Shown piece after piece: positions 45,620-64,000 of a stretch of DNA of 64,000 nucleotides (its first letter is position 1; each line of letters begins with the position of its first letter). Source of the DNA: Takakia lepidozioides (lineage: Eukaryota; Plantae; Bryophyta); NCBI GenBank assembly GCA_030704615.1, contig CM060732.1, forward strand, positions 44,640,001-44,704,000, written 5' to 3'. The position numbers and the translations under genes are program-made. The notes under the pieces are model-generated. The model saw nothing but the letters and a program-made list of their open reading frames with translations, was not told the origin of the DNA and did not search any database.

Positions 45620-48475
45620 ACCAGCCTACATGATCACCAAACAAAAAGCTACAGACAATCACAAAAAATTCGTTGCATCCTTCATTAAGCTGCTACATGA
45701 CCATCCCAAAAAAGCTCACAAAGCCATCTTCAATCCTGCACTAAACCCACCCATTGACTGCCTCAAATATAGACTTGGCCACTTATTAACTAACCCTGAT
45801 GACATCAAGAATGAAATATGGATTCAAGCCTCTGCCTCATACACGCCCACTACCACTAATTGTCTGCACCCAAACCATCACAACCAAAACTGCAAGTGTA
45901 AAGTCAAGCACTATCTGTGGCATGACCTAGATGGTTTCACACTAGACCAACATGACTCTCCCTCTGATCACATCCATGACCTCTTCACAAATAACCTGTA
46001 CAACTCATGCCTAAAAGCCTAAAAGCCCTATCCAAATCTAAAGCCTTTGGCCCCGACCTGATCCCAAATGCAATCCTTCAAGCACTTGATCCCCAACTTC
46101 ATCTCCTCCTCTTCAAATTCTTTAAACTTTGCTACCAACTAAAGAAGATACCACACTCTTGGAAGCACAGCCGTACCATTCTATTATTCAAAAAGGGTGA
46201 CCCTATAGACCTTGGCAACTATAGACCTAGAGCCCTCGCAAATATCATCTACAAACTCTTCACTAGCACACTTACTACACTGCTATCTAGTTACGGCGAA
46301 CAACACCATATCCTCAGCGACCCACATGAAGGATTCTGTGCCACACGCAATACCACCCGACAAATCCAGTATATCTTATCAGCCCTGGAGGATGCCAAAC
46401 TCACCAAACAAGACATCTATCTCCTGTATATTGACTTTAAGAATGCATTTGGTTCCTTAGATCATGCTAGACTACTTGCCATCATGACTGACCTCGGCTA
46501 TCCTTTAGACGCCATCCAACTTTTCAATAACATCTATACTGACAGTGCCATTGAATACTCTGGCTCTTATTACGGCTCCATTCCCCCCATCCCTATTTTG
46601 CGTGGCACTATTCAGGGCGATACCCTAAGCCCATACCTCTTCATCTTTTTTCTAGAACCACTCCTACGCTGGTTTGCTCGCGGCAATTTAGGGTATCACT
46701 ACAAAACCTCACCCAATGAAATAACAGCTGCCGCCTATGCTGACGACTTAGCCATCCTTGCTTATAAACCCCAACACCTCAACCGCCAAGTTGATAAATT
46801 ATCCCGTTTTAATCAATGGTCCGGCATGGAACTCAGTCTCCACAAATGCGCCGTTACGGCAGCCACCCATCACAATAAATTCACACGTGCCGACAGTCTC
46901 ACCTATTGAATGCACTAAATGCATTTGGATTAGTACATCGCCGCCTAAGATTTTTGACATGTGTAAGGCCCGTAATAGAGTTTCATAGCAAACTACACAT
47001 TCACTATCAAAATAACCCCTTCCCTTTCCTAGGTCCCGACTAGCCCTACACCTACTTAGACATCCAGATTGTTCCCTCACTCAAATGGCACATCCAAAAG
47101 GCCACTGCACTTACCAAACTAACTAACCAAAGCTTAGCACTTCTTCAATCTCCTATCCCCATTAGACCTAAACTTGCGATCACCCAATCGGTGCTCAAAC
47201 CTCAAGTCCAATACGCCTTCCATGCTGCTCCATTCTCCCTTCCTGACATTCGCTTGCTTGACAGACATATTCTCCAACTAACCAAACGGATCTGTGGGCT
47301 TCCTACGTACCCCGACCCTAACCCAACTTCCCACGGATAGCTATGGTATCGGCTCTAGCCCCCTCATCACCTCTTACGCTCGCACCCTTGGTTATACCCA
47401 ACTACTAGAAGCCCTAAATGACCCTGGACGTCTCGGGCTCATCTACCAGGGTATCGTCAGGCACCTCGCCTCAAAATTCAATGGTCTCCACTCCCTTCCA
47501 ACCCTCTACCGGCCACAGTCTTGCCGTCACTCCCCAACCGCACGTTCTTTGCTCATTCTGCGTCAAATGCGTATTAGCCTGCAAACAGACCTACCCGGCT
47601 ACCCCAACTCAGTATCTCCATTAGAAGTCGCCTTGATCTCTAGCCCTTTTCTTCCCCAATTTGAGGCAGCTCACCCCTGTCCTCAAATACTTCAAGGAGA
47701 GACATAAAACTAACCTCACCCAACTCACCACTGCACCCGGTACCAAGCTTATAACCCCCTGTGAATACACTCTAAAATACTCTCGAGCCACTACTAAGAC
47801 CTGCCGGTTCTTCTCCTACCTCCGTACCTTATTCTGCTACCCCTCTAGACTTCATGCACCCTAAAATGTGATCTCCCGTGTCAGCTTTTCCCTCACAGTT
47901 CACAAGACTTACTCCCTGAGTTCAGATCAACCCTGGCCCTATCTATTCTCCATGACCTCAAATTATCCCGCACAACAATACACCATGAACCCACTACCCC
48001 AAACTTTCTCTCCCAGTCTCCACAGGATCTCACCGGCCTCACACAATTTGACAACCAATAACTGACGCCCTCTTCCCCTACCGGGGCTCCTCCGCAGTCA
48101 CACACCCAACTCTCACCCATCCCTATCACACCAGACTCTCACCACTCCTCCCCTAGCTCCACCCTCCCCGGCCCCGCTAACCTCAATAACTCCTCCAACG
48201 CTTTCATCATTGAAGCTATACTGGGTATTAAAACCCAAACTTCTACAGACTCATTTGGTGCGACTTGTATAGACACATACTACCTATGCAAATGGGCGGG
48301 TTTTTCAAATGATGACAATACCTGGAAAATCGAGGACGAACTTTTTGGTTCGCATGATGACTGTGACCTAGACCATAACCCAGCCCTTCTTATTGCCTTC
48401 CATAAGCGTACCAACACCAATTACCTCACTCACTCACTCACACCAACAGCATGTATCCCAAACCCAAACCCAAAC

Positions 48476-48546
<71 letters not shown>

Positions 48547-51049
48547 GCGGCCATAGCCGGCGTAACTAAGAGCCACTTCGCCTTGCGGCTACTGCCCCCT
48601 TTCGAGGGTGGGCCCTATAGCCAAACCCAAGACAACCGACATGTATCTCGCCCACTGCCCGCCGCTAACATCACTGAATGCAATCCGGATAAAGACATCC
48701 TCCACGACTCGCCTGCCATATGCGGCGGCCCCTTATTATCCGCTATCTACTCTAACAACGGTCGGTTCCTAGGTCTCGTCCCTAACGACAGGGTTGCCTG
48801 GCTTTGGGCCCGGTTTTCCTCCCACACCCCTATCACCAATCACTTACACCTATCCCGTCAAGACTTTGCTACCGAAATCAACTGGCTCCTAGACCGATAC
48901 CTCCGCGACACCCCCCCAAAAAGCCCCGATCGGAAACCAAACTCTTCCAAGCTTATACACATAGCCTCATCTCCCAAGATATACTAACCCTCCTCATTAC
49001 CTCCTTCCACCTCACCAACTCACATGTCCCATGGACATCCAATCATTCGCTAGCCCACATCCCAGAGACTGCATCTTTGGGGCATCTAGCTCTGCAACCC
49101 AACACTCATGGTCTGGAAGAGGATTGGCGCACCCTCCTCCAAAACTCCACACCCAAGAAGCTCTACAGTGGGCCTGCTTTGCAGCTTAAACATGACGAAC
49201 CCACCATTATTCTCCTCCTTCATGTTCAACACACATCCGCCCCTCCCATTCCGCCTACTTTACATACCCACCTTGTCCCACACACTCGAACGTATTCATG
49301 GCTTCAAGGTCACCTCAGACCTACCCCATATACCCCCTCATCTACCGCAGAGTACCACTTGCCCTACAACTCACCCACCTCTTAAAATCAACCTGAGTAA
49401 AAACTGGATTATAGCACCCCCTCGCCCACCACCCCGCCGCCAGGTTATCACCATATGTCTCTCAAGTACCCACCGCTTCACTCTCACTATACTGATGGTT
49501 CCCACGCAGGATCCAACACCGGGTACGGCGTTTATCACACTGCCTCGAACCAAGGCATCACCGCTAGACTCCCTGGACCCGCTACCATACTACGTGTAGA
49601 GCTTATGGCCATCTACATAGCCTTCTCCCAACTACCCTCATTCTCACCCCCTCAGTATATTTTCACCGATAGTCTCACATCGCTCTTTCTTGTACGCAAC
49701 CACCTATCTTGCCCCTCCTCACACCACCACCACCCAGATCGTAACCTTATTGCAGCCATAGCCAGGCTTGCCATAGACTTAGGTCAACCCATTCACTTCC
49801 TGAAAGTCAGTTCACATACCGATATAACTGGGCAATGAGGAGGCTGACCACCTCGCACAAGCTGGCGCTTTCGAGCCCCTCATCGATCCCATCAAATGAC
49901 CCTATCCACATCATACACCCACCTATTTTGACTAATACACCCTATACCAAACCCTCCAGACCCTAAGCCTATTTGTAACCTCCTCTCCATCCTCACTAAA
50001 GAAGCCACTCAGCAAGCTAGGGCATCTATGAGCCACACCAAACTCCACATTCAGAAATGAACACTCTCCACTATACTCCATCATAAACTATCCAACTATT
50101 TCGGCTCTCCAAAGCTACGCCTGACGCTCAAATTAAACAAACGCTTAAATTTCGTTACGCCCAATACATGGGGCATCAATGCAAGCACGTCTTCTGACCG
50201 CGCCTATTCTTTCACCAAATTGTCCCCTATGCGCACACACTCACCAGGTTAGAGACACATGGCCGCATCTTCTGAGCCAATGTACCCACCCGGTCATACA
50301 TGGACTACATATTACCCGTCGTAACCAAGCAGTCTGGCACATCCACAAACTCCTTATGCAATGCTCCGAAACCCATTGGTTCTCACTCATCAATGCCGAC
50401 ACTTATCAAGGTAGACCTTTAGACCACACTGTCCCGCCACAGTTACTTTCATGCCTATGCGCACACGCTCTCCCTGCACCTATCTGGCTAGACTATGCCT
50501 TGACATCCTACTCACCCACGGCCTACCCATCAATACTCAACCGCCCTCCTTCCCCTCCCCTCATATCACCATCTATTTCATCGAATTCACATATTGCCAT
50601 GATCGATACCCCTCATCCTCTATTTTGGAAAAACGACAAAAATATGCCCCACTTATCTTTGCCCTCCGTCATAGGGGCTGGAATACCGGGCCCCTCTCTG
50701 TTATCATGGCTGGCACCCAAGGTGGCATCCATAATGCTGGCATAGCGGCACTACACGATAACTTCCAAATCCCGATATCCCCTATCCATAAATGCTTCAA
50801 AGAAATTCACCTCACAGCCCTCCGCTCTCTCACAGCTATTATTACGAACAAGCAAAGACTAGAGTCCAATCCAACCCCCTCCCGGCTCCCTAAACTCCCA
50901 CAGACACCCCACATACCATGGCCCGTCCGCAGGGTACCTGTGCAACTCAGGAACAGGATGAAGTAGCCTTCATTTTTCAGTACCAATTGAGGTTAAAGAT
51001 ACATATTCCTTCTATGTGAGGGAAGGAAATGAGGTCAAATCAAATCAAT
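45620..51049 (+). mobile_element. 5'-truncated non-LTR retrotransposon, Dualen/RandI-like: RT, chromodomain, RNase H, CCHC zinc finger, restriction-like endonuclease; (TCAAA)n-like tail
   Basis: RT 46007-46909 (KAFGPDLIPN, NYRP.ALAN, YIDFKNAF, QGDTLSP, YADD); chromodomain 48200-48400; RNase H 49455-49865 (YTDGS, VELMAI, IFTDS, KVSSHTDITG.EEADHLA); CPLC...WPHLLSQC...HITRRN; RL.LDILL...IEFTYCHD...EKRQKYAPL...GW; ends ggtcaaatcaaatcaat; frameshifts and stops. Confidence 0.88.
48468..48620 (-). mobile_element. Nested ~150 bp insertion: structured 80 bp non-LTR-like 3' end plus (CT)~31 tail, flanked by duplicated ccaaacccaa
   Basis: (AG)n at 48479-48540 on plus; ccaaacccaa at 48458-48467 and 48621-48630; body matches 3585-3670. 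Confidence 0.72.
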
Positions 51050-51299
51050 GGGTAGCTCTGAACATCAACAAGAGCAATAATGTCATACTAGCATCCAAAT
51101 GATGTCCCGTTTCAGAAGCCGAGGGTCCAAGTAATTAGAACCTGTGGCTGACAAAAACAAAATTAATCTCAAGTTTCTCTCAAGTGCCCTTCTCTTCTCT
51201 ACCATCTAGGGAATACTCTGCAAGAAAAGTGGGCCACGCAAGTGTCCTCCCGTTAGTAGAGAAGGCTCTGAGAGAGCCACCAATCCAATTTTGAGCTCT

Positions 51300-57277
<5,978 letters not shown>

Positions 57278-57499
57278 TCAGAGATCCGCAGCACACCAAC
57301 AACAAAGACGCAGTCAGGCACTCATATCTCTGCAGCCCCGCAGTGACCCGCAGCCTTCCAGCCAAGGAAGCGGCAAACAGAAAGTGGAAGACTCGCAAGT
57401 CTTCCTTCTGCTTTTTGACTTCAGTGAATTTTTTTTCCTCTTTTTTTAATTTTTTTGTGTGTCACGGAAACAGTGACCGAAGAATGATTGACTCTTGTC

Positions 57500-59500
57500 A
57501 GTTTTTATTCTAAATTTACTTGTCAAATTTTTGGAATTGTTATTTGTTGCTTTGATGGAAGGAAGAAAAACTCGTCCTTCTCGCAGGCCATGTTTCTCTT
57601 TTGCATGTTTAGGGTTTGAGGGAATGTGTGAGTTTGATTTAAGCATTTGGACTTACAAGAAGTCTCTGATCTGCAAAATTCGTTGACGCAAGAGGGGAGT
57701 GCTGTGCACCGTGATGGAGATGGAGGCCAAGTAGACGGCCACACTGAAGGACGCCAACAGCGCCAAACTGTGCACCGTCGCTGCCGCCATGACCCTCAGC
57801 TCTTTTATCCAGGAGGATATTAGTGATGCTTCAGAGATTTAAAACCTCATGAAGTGGATAAAATTCACGCTTACACTAATCAGCTGCCGTCCCAACCTTG
57901 CCCTACAATCTGCAGTAAGAAACTATTAATTATATATAACATGAAATTCTAGCCCTTTCAATGAATGCTGGAAGAGAATGAGTTTTTGCAAGGAGAGAAT
58001 TAATGAGACAACGAAAACATATATAGTAAGAGCCATGCAAGGAAAGAAATGAAGGTAAAGGTGGTGTCATACAAGTCATACAAGTGAGGAGGGAAAGGAA
58101 AAGCAAATGAGACCAAGTCAAGTAGAGAAAAAACAGAGAACCGTGCAAATCAATAGATGATGAGAGAGAGGGATAGAATGAGCCTAGCAGTTTCTAGAAC
58201 CACATTTCCTTCGTGCTCACCTCAATGCAAAAATCTTCTCAAGCCAACAACCTTGTCAGATCTACAACCCTTCATGGCTCACACAGAGAATGTGATTGTC
58301 AAAGATACAAAAATGATTGAAAGGTCCATTGAGAGTCACATTCCAATACATGTCAAGTACATGAAGATGTGATTTTCATGGAACATCTTCAAACATTGTA
58401 TCTCAACAACACCAGGCTTGGTTAGAAAGAAGGGCTTGAGGGATGTGGTTTTTATGGAACATCTTCAAACATTGTATCTCACCAACAGCAGGCTTGGTTA
58501 GAAGGAAGGGCTTGAGGGATGTCAAAACGAGTGTTGGACTGGTACATATGTGAAGGACTGGTATATATACTGGTATATGCACTGGTATTAGATACCAGAC
58601 CAATCTGGTATCATTTAAGAGAATACTTGGTCACATACCAGACCAGGCTGGTATCAGTTTTTCCATACCAGCCACAATACCCGTAATCCCCCGCCGTCTG
58701 GTTTATTCTGGTATGTATGTGTACATATGCCTACATACTTGTACCTATGTATATTCACTTCTTTATGTGTATTGTATTTGTTTTCACTTGATACTTGCTA
58801 TTTGATAAACTTGTCATTCAAGATGGCTTTGGAATGATACCAGAGTTGATATCTCATACCAGCTAGGATTGTGGTCATGATACTCATACTCATACCAATA
58901 TCTGGAAAAAATACATCCACCATATATAGACCAGACTGGTATGAAAGTTTTGTGATACGTCTGGTACCAAGACCAGACTGGTATGTAAAAACTTGATACC
59001 GGTCCAACACTCCTCAAAACCCATCCCGTTTTTATTCGAAATTTACTGATCAGTTTTTTAAAATTATTATTTGTTGCTTTGATGGAAAGAAGAAAACCTC
59101 CTCTCGCGCATGCCATGTTTCTCTTTGCATGTTTAGGGTTTGAGGGAATGTGTGAGTTTGAAAAGCAAATGAGACAACAAGTCAAGTCAAGAGAAAAGAA
59201 TGAGAACCGTGCAAATTAAGAGGCAAATCAATAGACGATGAGAGAGGGATAGAATGAGCCTAGCAGTTTCTAAAACCACATTTGCCACTATCCTTCGTGC
59301 TCACCTCAATGCAAAAATCTTCTCAAGCCAACAACCTTGTCAGATTTGCAACCCTTCATTCACACAAGAGAATGTCATTGCCAAAGATACTTACTTACAA
59401 AAGGACTGAGAGAGAAACCATTGAGAGTCACATTCCAACACATGTCATGTCAAGTACATGAAGATGTGGTTTTCATGGAACATCTTCAAACATTGTATCT
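57500..59500 (+). repeat. Direct duplication of ADK upstream sequence: 57500-57637 plus 58100-58402 reappear joined at 59028-59500
   Basis: gtttttattc.aaatttact...gggtttgagggaatgtgtgagtttga and aaagcaaatgaga...catggaacatcttcaaacattgtatct each occur twice. Confidence 0.85.
58529..59012. mobile_element. Non-autonomous hAT-type element (MITE)
   Basis: TIRs gagtgttggactggta / taccggtccaacactc; 8 bp TSD gtcaaaac / ctcaaaac; many CTGGTAT subterminal repeats. Confidence 0.85.
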
Positions 59501-59504
59501 GCAG

Positions 59505-60412
59505 CAGGCGGATTGTGATTTGAGCTGTTGGCCTGATTTTGTCTGCAGACTGACCTGCGCTTCCAGAGCCACGCTATGCTTGCTCTTCAGGAGGCAACAG
59601 AGGCTCACGTTGTGGGGATGTTTGAGGACACAAACTTGTCTGCAATCCATGCGAAGATAGTGACCATCATGCCAAAAGATACCCAGTTCCTGAACAAAAC
59701 TTCCTACAAATTTCCTTAAAAAAAAAAGATATTGAGTTCTATGAGCCCACCAAAGGGTGGCAACTAGATGGTTGGTGGTGTGGATGGTCAGTCAATTGGC
59801 TTCTTTTCCTGGGCTAGTAGGACTATGGTGTACATGTATATTACCTTTTGAGATGAAAGTCTTCATCATTTTTTTTTAAAATACAGTTTGTCCCTGTCTT
59901 CAGGCATTGAGTTTGGGTCAATTGTTTGGGATGGATGACCAACCTCTACCCACGTGCTCATCATGTTGTTATCCGAAAACCAAGTTGTAGCCCAGTGGTA
60001 ATGGGCACATACCACCTTGGAAGTGGTTGTGGGTTCAATCCACCGATTGGTGTCACAAAGGTGTCCAGTGTCCACCTTCCTAGCGGAAGGCAGCAATTAA
60101 CCCTTGGTGGTGAAGAGACTCCATAATTGATGCTTCCTTTGGGGAGGCATCAAATATCAAATATTAATATTATTAATGTTGTTATCCACCATCCCAGCCT
60201 ATAGACATCAACATCCCATGTAGAAGATGGTGTGATCTGTCCCAAGCACATGTGCATGCATGAGATGCTGGCATGTCAGCTGATGATGCCCCAAAGATAA
60301 AAAGATAAAACCAACAGGCTTGCAAATATAGGAGATGACTTGGTAGACCCTTTGTGGTGAAGCAATGTTATTATTTGCTTTCAAGCAAATTATGGGTTGC
60401 ACTATACTCCTC
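59505..60412 (+). pseudogene. Inverted partial copy of H3.3 (intron 3 end, last exon, 3' UTR and downstream), with a deletion and a SINE insertion
   Basis: ctgcag ACT GAC CTG CGC TTC CAG AGC CAC GCT ATG CTT...ATG CCA AAA GAT ACC CAG; the rest is the reverse complement of 61275-61825. Confidence 0.92.
59975..60175 (+). mobile_element. tRNA-derived SINE (second family) with 12 bp TSD
   Basis: A-box tagcccagtgg, B-box ggttcaatccc; TSD atgttgttatcc at 59963-59974 and 60176-60187; empty site in the parental copy at ~61499-61510. Confidence 0.9.
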
Positions 60413-60602
60413 CGTCTTAGGCCGAAAGCCAATGGGCGAGCAAACTAGGCCAAACAAGTGGATGCCACTAAATTGCAACTAGGTATTTCCGTAGTATCCA
60501 AGACTATAAAAGCCTATCATTCATTCACCCCCATCCTCTAACAATAAAAACATCATTACTGTCGTTTGCAAGCCGCCTCATGTACTTAAAGGACGTAAGG
60601 AC

Positions 60603-61030
60603 CAGTGTTGGGCGGAGATCGCTCTCTTTTTGCATCGAGGACGGCTTGGACATTGCGTGTTTCGTCTCTTTGGCTTTGCCACTTCTGTTCCCACTCGTCT
60701 CTGCGTTCTATTAAAGTGTTGTATTGGCGAAGTAGGGTAGTCTTTTGATCCTCCAACTACTAACCTGCGGTTGCGGTTATTAAATTTTCTATGGCTAGAT
60801 ATAACCTTCCGGTTACGGTTACTTGCAAAAACCTCAAATAACTGGCGGTTTTCATCAAATAACCATGGGTATAGGGCGGTTCTGTAAGAGGTTTTTTGCT
60901 CGGTTATTTGAATGCGTGACCTCCGCCGGTTCCTAACTGGACCAGTTACTTCATTTTTTCACCTCTGCCGGTCATATATACATATAACCGCCGGGTATTA
61001 GAGAGAAATTCAAATAACCGCCCAACACTG
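60603..61030. mobile_element. Non-autonomous hAT-type element (428 bp)
   Basis: TIRs cagtgttgggcgg / ccgcccaacactg; 8 bp TSD gtaaggac / gtaaggat; GCGGTT/AACCG subterminal motifs. Confidence 0.88.
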
Positions 61031-61835
61031 GTAAGGATCTCCAAAGAGTCCCCTAAAAACCAGACAAAGCATATGAATGAAAGACATAGGGAGAAAAAAA
61101 TTAGAAAAGACGAGGAAAAGAAGAGGAGAGAGAGGATGATGCTGTCTGGGAGCAAGAGCAAGACAACGCTGTAGGGTAGGTAAGCTTCGTATCCCTCACT
61201 TATATGCATGCAAGCAAGAAGCAAGGATGTCTGGTCTTTAGGGGACTCTTTGGAGGACTTGAGGCTTGCAAATGAGGAGTAGTGCAACCCATAATTTGCT
61301 TGGAAGCAATAACAACATTGCTTCACAACAAAGGGTCTGCCAAGTCATCTCCTCTAAGTATTTGCAACCTTTTGGTTTCATCTTCTTATTTTTGGGGCGT
61401 CAACAGCTGACATGCCAGCATCTCATACATGCACATGTGCATGGGATGCATCACATCATCTTCTGCATGGCATGCTGATGTCTATAAGCTGGGATGGTGG
61501 ATAACAATATGATGAGCACCTGGCCATCCATGGCATGAAGGGCGATCAAGTCAAATGTAGTGATTCAGTCCTGCTGTGCAGATTGGAGGGGAGTTTGGAG
61601 TTTGGAGGATCATCCCAAACAATTGACCCAAACTCAATGCCTGAAGACAGGGACAAACTTTTTATAAAAAGATGATCAAGTCTTTCATCTCAAAAGGTAA
61701 TATACATGTACACCATAATCCTACTAGCCCAGGAAAAGAAGCCAATTGACTGACCATCCACACCACCAACCATCTAGTTGCCACTTTTCGGTGGGTTTGT
61801 GAAAATTTCAGGAATTTTTGTTCAGGATCTGGGGT

Positions 61836-62931
<1,096 letters not shown>

Positions 62932-63490
62932 TCAAAGTCAGATATCCACTTGAACTGTACTGCCAGGATGGGGATACCACACCAAACATGGTGCAAATGA
63001 ATCTAATCCTAATATGCATCAACTGAACCCAAGAAACAGAGGCAAGGCTCTAGAGGAGGGAAGTAGACAATCAGGCTGGAAAAGGCGAACAACATAGAAA
63101 TCACATCTACAAAACAAGTAGGAAAGAAAGTCAGTGATGTATCAAAACAAAACAAGGCTAAGAAACAAAAGAAAGGTTAGATGGAAAACTCTGACATAGA
63201 GAGCAAATAAAGGATAACAAACCTCAGAAAGTAGATAGACGTGCAAGGAAAAGAACCACAAAATCAGGCCAACAGGAAGAGGAAGAGGAGGGGAAGAGGA
63301 AGAACAGAGGCCGGCACGGGACAAGCCAGAAGTTTGCAGTCCCTTGCAGACTTCTCTTCTCCCAACATCTCTTGTACTGGGAAGCTCCCCATCATGTCCT
63401 GAGGGGGTTTGACATAGACCTAATTGACAGACAAAATGGTTTAGGATGGGAACATGTTGTCTGTTCCCAATCAAAATGAGCGTTCAGACC

Positions 63491-63520
63491 CGGATCCGCT
63501 CCGGCCCACTTCGGCCCACT
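63491..63520. promoter_or_regulatory. Putative H3.3 promoter elements: two site II motifs (GGCCCA) and an octamer-like GATCCGCT
   Basis: cggatccgctccggcccacttcggcccact ~680 bp upstream of the ATG; 7/8 match to the plant histone octamer. Confidence 0.45.
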
Positions 63521-64000
63521 TCGTCTCCTTTTTCGCTTCCTTGTTGAACCGTCTGCCTCCGAGCGTGTGGTAATTCTCCACAGAAACTGCTAGCAATCTG
63601 ATGGATCTGGGTGCACTGAAAATTCGAAAAGACAACAAATGGGGAGGAGTTTCTTGCAGACGGAATCGGAAACTTTCACTCGTGATTGGGTGGGAAAGAA
63701 GAAAAGTGCACCTTAGATTACACCTTACTTCCTTGTTTAAACCCGCACAGTGAGTCTCCGTGATTGATTTTCCATGAGCACGAAGGGTATGTCAGGTAGG
63801 TTGTGTCTGGCTGCAAAAGTCCCACATCTGCTTGAAGCTAAACCCAAGTTTCAAACCTAATCTTACATTGACTAGATTGTAATTGTTGTCTGTCTGCCAT
63901 AACCTCCCTATAAACCCTGGAAATTGTGATCTCTTATTTGAACTTCACGGAGTAATTGGCCGATCTGCCCTCTTTTGGGGGATTTCAATGGAAATTAATT

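Noticed and set aside
48451-48987. Protein with an ER dipeptide repeat
   Set aside because: Translation of the (AG)n tail of a nested insertion inside the LINE.

Overview
Eukaryotic nuclear DNA from a land plant. Intron structure, PLS-class PPR remnants and algal-type retroelements suggest an early-diverging, bryophyte-like lineage; this is inference only. Four spliced housekeeping genes lie on the minus strand: biotin synthase BIO2 (5' part, runs off the left edge), plastidic glucose-6-phosphate dehydrogenase (10 exons), adenosine kinase (13 exons) and histone H3.3 (4 coding exons). Between G6PD and ADK is a ~40 kb nested transposon island. It holds a chromovirus 3' end with a 2.36 kb LTR; a tRNA-Gly-primed Gypsy with two paralogous Cys/His-rich accessory ORFs upstream of gag; a SWIM/MULE-type transposase element; two inverted copies of a Gypsy whose integrase ends in a PHD finger and whose LTR has an A-B-A structure (separated by a 500-N gap); a mosaic of host gene fragments (importin-beta, YggS/PLPBP, PPR, a tandemly amplified unknown exon); CACTA ends; an 18S rRNA fragment; and a Dualen/RandI-like LINE with RT, chromodomain, RNase H, zinc finger and restriction-like endonuclease. 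SINEs, hAT MITEs, a foldback element and an inverted partial duplication of H3.3 occur near the genes. The most notable theme is three unrelated retroelement types, each carrying its own histone-reader domain. All family assignments are from motif recognition by eye; no searches were run.
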